Assembly: GCA_037443265.1 (NCBI GenBank)
Contig: JBBIOR010000001.1
Coordinates: 85,265 to 116,489 of the forward strand
Length of the DNA: 31,225 nt
Source of the DNA: Candidatus Fraserbacteria bacterium
GTDB lineage: Bacteria > Bipolaricaulota > Bipolaricaulia > RBG-16-55-9
Direction: 5' to 3'
A program made the position numbers and the translations under genes. The notes beneath the pieces are model-generated. The model saw only the letters and a list, made by a program, of their open reading frames with translations. It was not told the DNA's origin and ran no database searches. Below, one piece after another: positions 26,917 through 31,225 of this stretch (positions within the stretch are counted from its first letter, which is position 1; each line of letters begins with the position of its first letter).

Positions 26917-28587
26917 ATGCCCACGTCCAGTGAGATCGCACGCCGCACCCAGCTCCGCCCGATCACCGAGATCGCCCAAAGCCTCGATCTGGCCGAAGAC
27001 GAACTCATCTTGTATGGAAAACACAAGGCGAAAGTCCATCTATTAGCCTATGAGCGCCGGCAAAAAGAACTCGATGGGAAGCTCATCCTGGTGACGGCCA
27101 TTACGCCCACCCGCGCGGGCGAGGGCAAGACGACCACCACCATCGGCCTGGGCCAGGCATTCGCCCTCTTGAAGAAAAGAGCGATGATCGCCATCCGCCA
27201 GCCCTCCCTGGGCCCCGTCTTCGGCATCAAGGGCGGAGCCACCGGCGGAGGCTACGCCCAACTGCTTCCCCGAGAGGACATAAATCTACACTTCACGGGG
27301 GATTTCGCGGCCATCGAGAAGGCGAATAATCTACTGGCCGCGCTCATCGACAACCATCTGCACCATGGGAATGCTCTGGGGCTCGATCCCCGCCAGATCA
27401 CATTCAAGCGCTGCTTCGACATGAACGATCGGGCCCTCCGCCAGATCATCACCGGGCTGGGCGGCCGAGCCGGAGGCATCCCCAGGGAGACGGGCTTTCA
27501 GATCACAGCCGCCTCCGAGATCATGGCCATCATGGCCCTCACACAGAACCTGAGCGATCTTCAAGAGCGCCTGAGTCGAATCGTCGTGGGCTATAGCTAT
27601 GAGCGGCGGCCCATTACGGCCCGCGACTTAAAAGCCCCAGGCGCTATGACCGTACTGCTCAAAGAGGCGATCCATCCCAACCTCGTCCAGACTCTGGAGC
27701 ACACGCCCGCCTTCGTGCATATGGGCCCCTTCGGGAACATCGCCTCTGGGACCAGCAGCCTCATCGCCACCAAGCTGGCGCTCAAGCTTGCGGATTACGT
27801 CATCACCGAGGCCGGCTTCGGCACCGAGCTGGGCGCCGAGAAATTTTGCGATATCAAGTGCCGGGTGGGTCGCTTGAACCCTCAAGCGGTGGTGCTCGTG
27901 GCCACCGTGCGGGCGCTCAAGCTCCACGGCGGCGCCAAAGCCTCATCCCTGGAGAAAGAAGACCCTTTTGCCGTGGAGAAGGGCTTGGAGAATTTAGAGA
28001 AACACATCGAGAACCTCGAGCAGTTTGGCCTTCCTCTGGTCGTGGCCATAAATCGCTTCCCGCAAGATACCCAGAGCGAGCTTGAGCTTGTGCTGGAATA
28101 TTGCCGCGCACGGGGGGTGGAGGCAGCCCTCTCGGACGTCTTCGCCCGGGGAGGAGAGGGTGGGCTGGAGCTGGCCGAGCGCGTGGTGGAGCTGGCCGAC
28201 TCAAAACGCGCTCAGTTTCGTTTTCTTTATGAGCCTGAGGCCCCTCTGCTTGAAAAAATCGAGACGATTGCCAAGAAGATGTACGGCGCGGATGGAGTTG
28301 AGTATACAAGTCTGGCCAAAGAGAAATTGGCCCGCCTTGAGAGATTGGGCTACGGCCGGAGCTTGATCTGCCTGGCCAAGACCCCATCATCGCTTTCGGA
28401 CGATCCCAAGCGTCTGGGACGCCCGCGCGGATTTAAGATCACCGTGCGGGATGTGGAGCTTTCGGCCGGGGCAGGCTTGGTCGTGCCGCTGGCGGGAGAG
28501 GTCCTGACGATGCCGGGGCTTCCGGAGAAGCCAGCTGCCGAAGAGATTTACCTCAATGCCGAAGGCCACATCGAAGGGCTCTTCTGA
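26917..28587 (+). CDS. fhs: Formate--tetrahydrofolate ligase
   Basis: LILVTAITPTRAGEGKTTTTIGL; RQPSLGPVFGIKGGATGGGY; INLHFTGD; TEAGFGTELGAEKF; VATVRALK; AKTPSSLSDDP; TMPGLP. Confidence 0.97.
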   Translation: MPTSSEIARRTQLRPITEIAQSLDLAEDELILYGKHKAKVHLLAYERRQKELDGKLILVTAITPTRAGEGKTTTTIGLGQAFALLKKRAMIAIRQPSLGPVFGIKGGATGGGYAQLLPREDINLHFTGDFAAIEKANNLLAALIDNHLHHGNALGLDPRQITFKRCFDMNDRALRQIITGLGGRAGGIPRETGFQITAASEIMAIMALTQNLSDLQERLSRIVVGYSYERRPITARDLKAPGAMTVLLKEAIHPNLVQTLEHTPAFVHMGPFGNIASGTSSLIATKLALKLADYVITEAGFGTELGAEKFCDIKCRVGRLNPQAVVLVATVRALKLHGGAKASSLEKEDPFAVEKGLENLEKHIENLEQFGLPLVVAINRFPQDTQSELELVLEYCRARGVEAALSDVFARGGEGGLELAERVVELADSKRAQFRFLYEPEAPLLEKIETIAKKMYGADGVEYTSLAKEKLARLERLGYGRSLICLAKTPSSLSDDPKRLGRPRGFKITVRDVELSAGAGLVVPLAGEVLTMPGLPEKPAAEEIYLNAEGHIEGLF

Positions 28588-29057
28588 TGAGAGTCGGAAT
28601 CGGGCTGGATTTCCATCGCTTTGAGGCAGGACGCAAGCTCATTCTAGGAGGCGTGGAGGTCCCCTACGAGCAGGGCCTCTCGGGCCATTCAGATGCCGAT
28701 GTGCTGGCTCATGCGATCTGTGATGCCCTCTTGGGGGCCGCCGGCTTGGGCGATCTAGGAGCGCACTTTCCGGCGAGTGATCCTCAATACAAAGACATCT
28801 CCAGCTTAAGGCTGCTTAGGCGCGTCAAAGAAATGCTCGATGAGAAAGGGCACGAGATCGAGCACATTGACGCTTCTATCATAGCGGAGGAGCCGCCTCT
28901 GGCCCCTCATTTTGCCCACATGAAAGAGAGACTGGCGCAGGCTTTGGAGATCTCTTCAGAGCAGATCAATCTGAAGGCCACGCGGCCCGAAGGCTTAGGG
29001 GCTTTGGGTCGGGGCGAAGGCATATGGGCCCAAGCGGTGGCCAGCTTGAAGCTTTAA
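28587..29057 (+). CDS. ispF: 2-C-methyl-D-erythritol 2,4-cyclodiphosphate synthase
   Basis: MRVGIGLDFHRF; LILGGV; GHSDADVLAHAICDALLGAAGLGDLG; NLKAT; EGLG. TGATG coupling to fhs. Confidence 0.96.
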   Translation: MRVGIGLDFHRFEAGRKLILGGVEVPYEQGLSGHSDADVLAHAICDALLGAAGLGDLGAHFPASDPQYKDISSLRLLRRVKEMLDEKGHEIEHIDASIIAEEPPLAPHFAHMKERLAQALEISSEQINLKATRPEGLGALGRGEGIWAQAVASLKL

Positions 29058-29758
29058 ACTATGGGGACCAGGAGCTTAAGGGCTAGCATGAAGCCGATGC
29101 CCAGAAGCAACGAGAAGATCACTTTGAAATTGAAGCGCCGATGGGCATCGGGCAAGAGATCGCTCGCCCCAATATACAAAAAATCCCCCGCGATGAAGGC
29201 GAGCGCCATGTGCAGAAAATCCTCGGGGATGAAGGCCGCCAAGAGCGCTCCCCCAGGGTAGAGCGCCCCGGCCAAGCCCAAGGTGAAGAAGATCTTCCCC
29301 TGGCTCCAGCGGGCTTCCTTCATGATCAACGCCGACGTGATGCCCTGCGGGATCTCATGGAGCACCACAGCCAAGGTGATCGCCAGCCCCAAGACGGGAT
29401 TTATAAAATATCCCGTAGCGATTCCCACGCCATCGATGACGTTGTCAAGGGCCATGCCGACCACGGCCACGGGGCCCACCTGATGGGTCTCGCACTCGCT
29501 CTCCCCGCAGGCATGGATCATCATGACCTTCTCCAGCAAATAAAACGTCAAGAATCCCAGGGCCACGTACGCGTAGTCTGCCTCCATCTGGACCTCGGGG
29601 AGGATATCAAAGAACGTGACGGCCAGCAGCACGCCAGCCGCAAACGCGATGATATAGCGGGGTTGGAGGCGCTCGGGTGAGAAGCGGAGCGTAATCCAAC
29701 CCGCAAGGACATCAGAGAGGCCCGCAATCAAGGCATAGAGCAGATAAAGAGATGGCAT
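29054..29758 (-). CDS. ZIP (ZupT-family) divalent metal transporter
   Basis: AFAAGVLLAVTFFDILPE; His/Cys loop HACGESECETH; LDNVIDG; LHEIPQG; FLYIGASDLLP. Confidence 0.9.
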   Translation of the reverse strand: MPSLYLLYALIAGLSDVLAGWITLRFSPERLQPRYIIAFAAGVLLAVTFFDILPEVQMEADYAYVALGFLTFYLLEKVMMIHACGESECETHQVGPVAVVGMALDNVIDGVGIATGYFINPVLGLAITLAVVLHEIPQGITSALIMKEARWSQGKIFFTLGLAGALYPGGALLAAFIPEDFLHMALAFIAGDFLYIGASDLLPDAHRRFNFKVIFSLLLGIGFMLALKLLVPIV

Positions 29759-29764
29759 GCACCC

Positions 29765-29793
29765 AGCTTAGGGAGCGTGTGCATGCTTGTCAA
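29765..29793 (-). promoter_or_regulatory. Leaderless promoter of the ZIP gene
   Basis: TTGACA-17 nt-TAAGCT, with the ATG 6 nt downstream and no SD. Confidence 0.65.
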
Positions 29794-30014
29794 GGGGGAA
29801 AATCTTCCAGGCGGAAGCCTTCGGAGCTCTCCAGCACCTTCTTGATGCGCAGCTCGCTCTCCTCCAGGCGCTTTTTGAGCGCGTCGGCCAGGCGCACGCC
29901 CTCTTCGAAGAGCTTGAGGGACTCCTCCAAAGAGACCCCTTCGGATTCTAGGGATTTGACGATCTGTTCTAGTCTACTGAGGGCCTCTTCTACGCTGAGT
30001 TGGGGTTCGGCCAT
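29790..30014 (-). CDS. xseB: Exodeoxyribonuclease VII small subunit
   Basis: SVEEALSRLEQIVKSLESEGVSLEESLKLFEEGVRL...LEESELRIK. Confidence 0.93.
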   Translation of the reverse strand: MAEPQLSVEEALSRLEQIVKSLESEGVSLEESLKLFEEGVRLADALKKRLEESELRIKKVLESSEGFRLEDFPP

Positions 30015-30141
30015 GGCTCCCTATAGATAGCATACCCAGCTCCTCCCTAGCAAATTTATCTCCTGAGCCTATGCGTGCCGCAGCTAAGATCCCCTTAGGA
30101 ACGTAAGTTTTGTTATTTGCGGGTGTATCGCGGGGGGGGAC

Positions 30142-30170
30142 TTGACAAACGGCCCGAAATGTGCTATAAG
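30142..30170 (+). promoter_or_regulatory. Strong sigma70-type promoter of the small peptide gene
   Basis: TTGACA-17 nt-TATAAG with extended -10 TG; G8 tract just upstream (30132-30139). Confidence 0.7.
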
Positions 30171-30224
30171 TAAAGCAACTCAATCAAATTCTGCTCATTG
30201 GAGCATATAAGGAGGTCATCTAAG

Positions 30225-30380
30225 ATGTTGAAGTGGGGTACACTTGCGGAGTCCAACGAGGCGGCGGAGAGGCTCAATGGGCTGGTCACGAAGATCGTGG
30301 GGAGCAAGACACTCTATGTGCTCCTTGTGCTGGCATCTTTCATGTTGCTCAGCGGAGCATTCGAAAAGTGGGGTGGCTAA
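30225..30380 (+). CDS. 51-aa hydrophobic small protein ending LLSGAFEKWGG (putative signalling peptide precursor)
   Basis: AAGGAGGT SD 8 nt before ATG 30225; own promoter and downstream terminator; K-led hydrophobic stretch TLYVLLVLASFMLLSGA. Confidence 0.75.
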   Translation: MLKWGTLAESNEAAERLNGLVTKIVGSKTLYVLLVLASFMLLSGAFEKWGG

Positions 30381-30426
30381 GCCAAGGGGGTTGGTAGATT
30401 GCCATCCTCATCTTTATCTTTAAAGT

Positions 30427-30470
30427 TAGCAGGAGGAAAGTCAAGATTTGATTTTCCTCCTGCTATTTTT
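30427..30470 (+). terminator. Intrinsic terminator-like hairpin
   Basis: 18-bp stem TAGCAGGAGGAAAGTCAA / TTGATTTTCCTCCTGCTA (one G-U pair), 3-nt loop, followed by TTTTT. Confidence 0.8.
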
Positions 30471-30486
30471 GTAAAGTAAATATCGT

Positions 30487-31225
30487 ATGAGACTTCCGTT
30501 AAGTGCGAAGCTTTACATTATAGCTATTGTTTTAGTGGCATTTTTTGTTATTGCTCAGTTTGCTTCTCATTTCCTCCAACAATTAAGAGATTCCGAATTT
30601 GCCAATGTTGCCCTCATATTCACAGCGCTAGCTCTATTAACCCAAATCTATGAAATAGAGCTCGTCTATAGAAGGATGATCTCAATAGCTGTCGCTATTT
30701 GGGTAGCAACCATACTACTAGGCGGCCCTCTGCTTGCTCTAGCAGTAGCACTAGTTAGCACACTGATTGCAGAGACAATCTTACGCTGGGGAAAGCTTTC
30801 TGAAGGATTTATGGCATTCGTTTGGCCCACCTCTTTCAATATCGGTCAGCTTACCCTTTCCGCCTTCATAGCCTCGCTGGTCTTTGATCTTCTAGGCGGA
30901 CGCCCCTTGATGACTTTGACTAACGCCGCTCAAAGTGGGTTGGCATTCTATAATCAACTCATCCCAGCCGTTGGAGCCTTCGCAGCTTTTGCGCTCACCA
31001 ACAACGCCTTCGTCTCAGGGATCATCACTATGACCCAAAAGACGAGCTTCTTCTATCACTTGAGATTCAACGTGCAGCATCTGCTTTTGCAAATCCTCTC
31101 CCTGGGTGTCCTAGGCATCCTCCTGGCTGTAGTCTACGCCCAGTCGCCCTGGAACCTCTTGCTCGTCTTGATCCCCTTGGGCCTGGTCCATCTGTCACTG
31201 CGCAACTACATGAAACTGCGCCACG
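30487..31225 (+). CDS. Polytopic membrane sensor domain (MASE-like), N-terminal part; output domain, possibly HD-GYP, lies beyond the window
   Basis: Frame is open from ATG 30487 to the edge (246 codons): MRLPLSAKLYIIAIV...ATILLGGPLLA...SFNIGQLTLSAFIASLVFDLLGG...FALTNNAFVS...LLLVLIPLGLVHLSLRNYMKLRH, about 7-8 TM segments. The output-domain identity is inference. Confidence 0.75.
   Translation, partial: MRLPLSAKLYIIAIVLVAFFVIAQFASHFLQQLRDSEFANVALIFTALALLTQIYEIELVYRRMISIAVAIWVATILLGGPLLALAVALVSTLIAETILRWGKLSEGFMAFVWPTSFNIGQLTLSAFIASLVFDLLGGRPLMTLTNAAQSGLAFYNQLIPAVGAFAAFALTNNAFVSGIITMTQKTSFFYHLRFNVQHLLLQILSLGVLGILLAVVYAQSPWNLLLVLIPLGLVHLSLRNYMKLRH

Noticed and set aside
26917..28587. Wood-Ljungdahl acetogenesis inferred from fhs
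   Set aside because: fhs alone is widespread in C1 metabolism; no acs/cooS/folD/metF in the window.

Overview
GC-rich, gene-dense bacterial chromosomal window containing mostly housekeeping genes. Gene style and the mix of diderm and monoderm-type traits suggest a deep-branching diderm such as Bipolaricaulota/Acetothermia (inference only). From left to right: two divergent family-5 ABC substrate-binding lipoproteins with extra Ig-like/PKD domains plus oppB/oppC-type permeases; tsaB-etfB-etfA-rpmB; glutaredoxin; nrnA-ribF; ruvB; a small three-gene cluster (CDP-alcohol phosphatidyltransferase, HTH, DUF2007-like); a 1142-aa LptF/G-to-LptD-like fusion; coproporphyrin-type heme genes (chdC, hemL, hemH/cpfC, hemE); a PRTase; an M20 dipeptidase; a probable 6S RNA; serC; mraY; fhs-ispF; a ZIP transporter; xseB. 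At the right end is an AT-richer module: a strongly expressed 51-aa hydrophobic peptide ending GAFEKWGG, then a long hairpin, then a polytopic membrane sensor gene. The most interesting candidates are (1) the single-polypeptide Lpt permease/barrel fusion with an internal signal peptide, (2) the peptide + membrane-sensor pair as a possible undescribed signalling system, and (3) pervasive leaderless promoters. No tRNA, rRNA, CRISPR array or transposase was seen.
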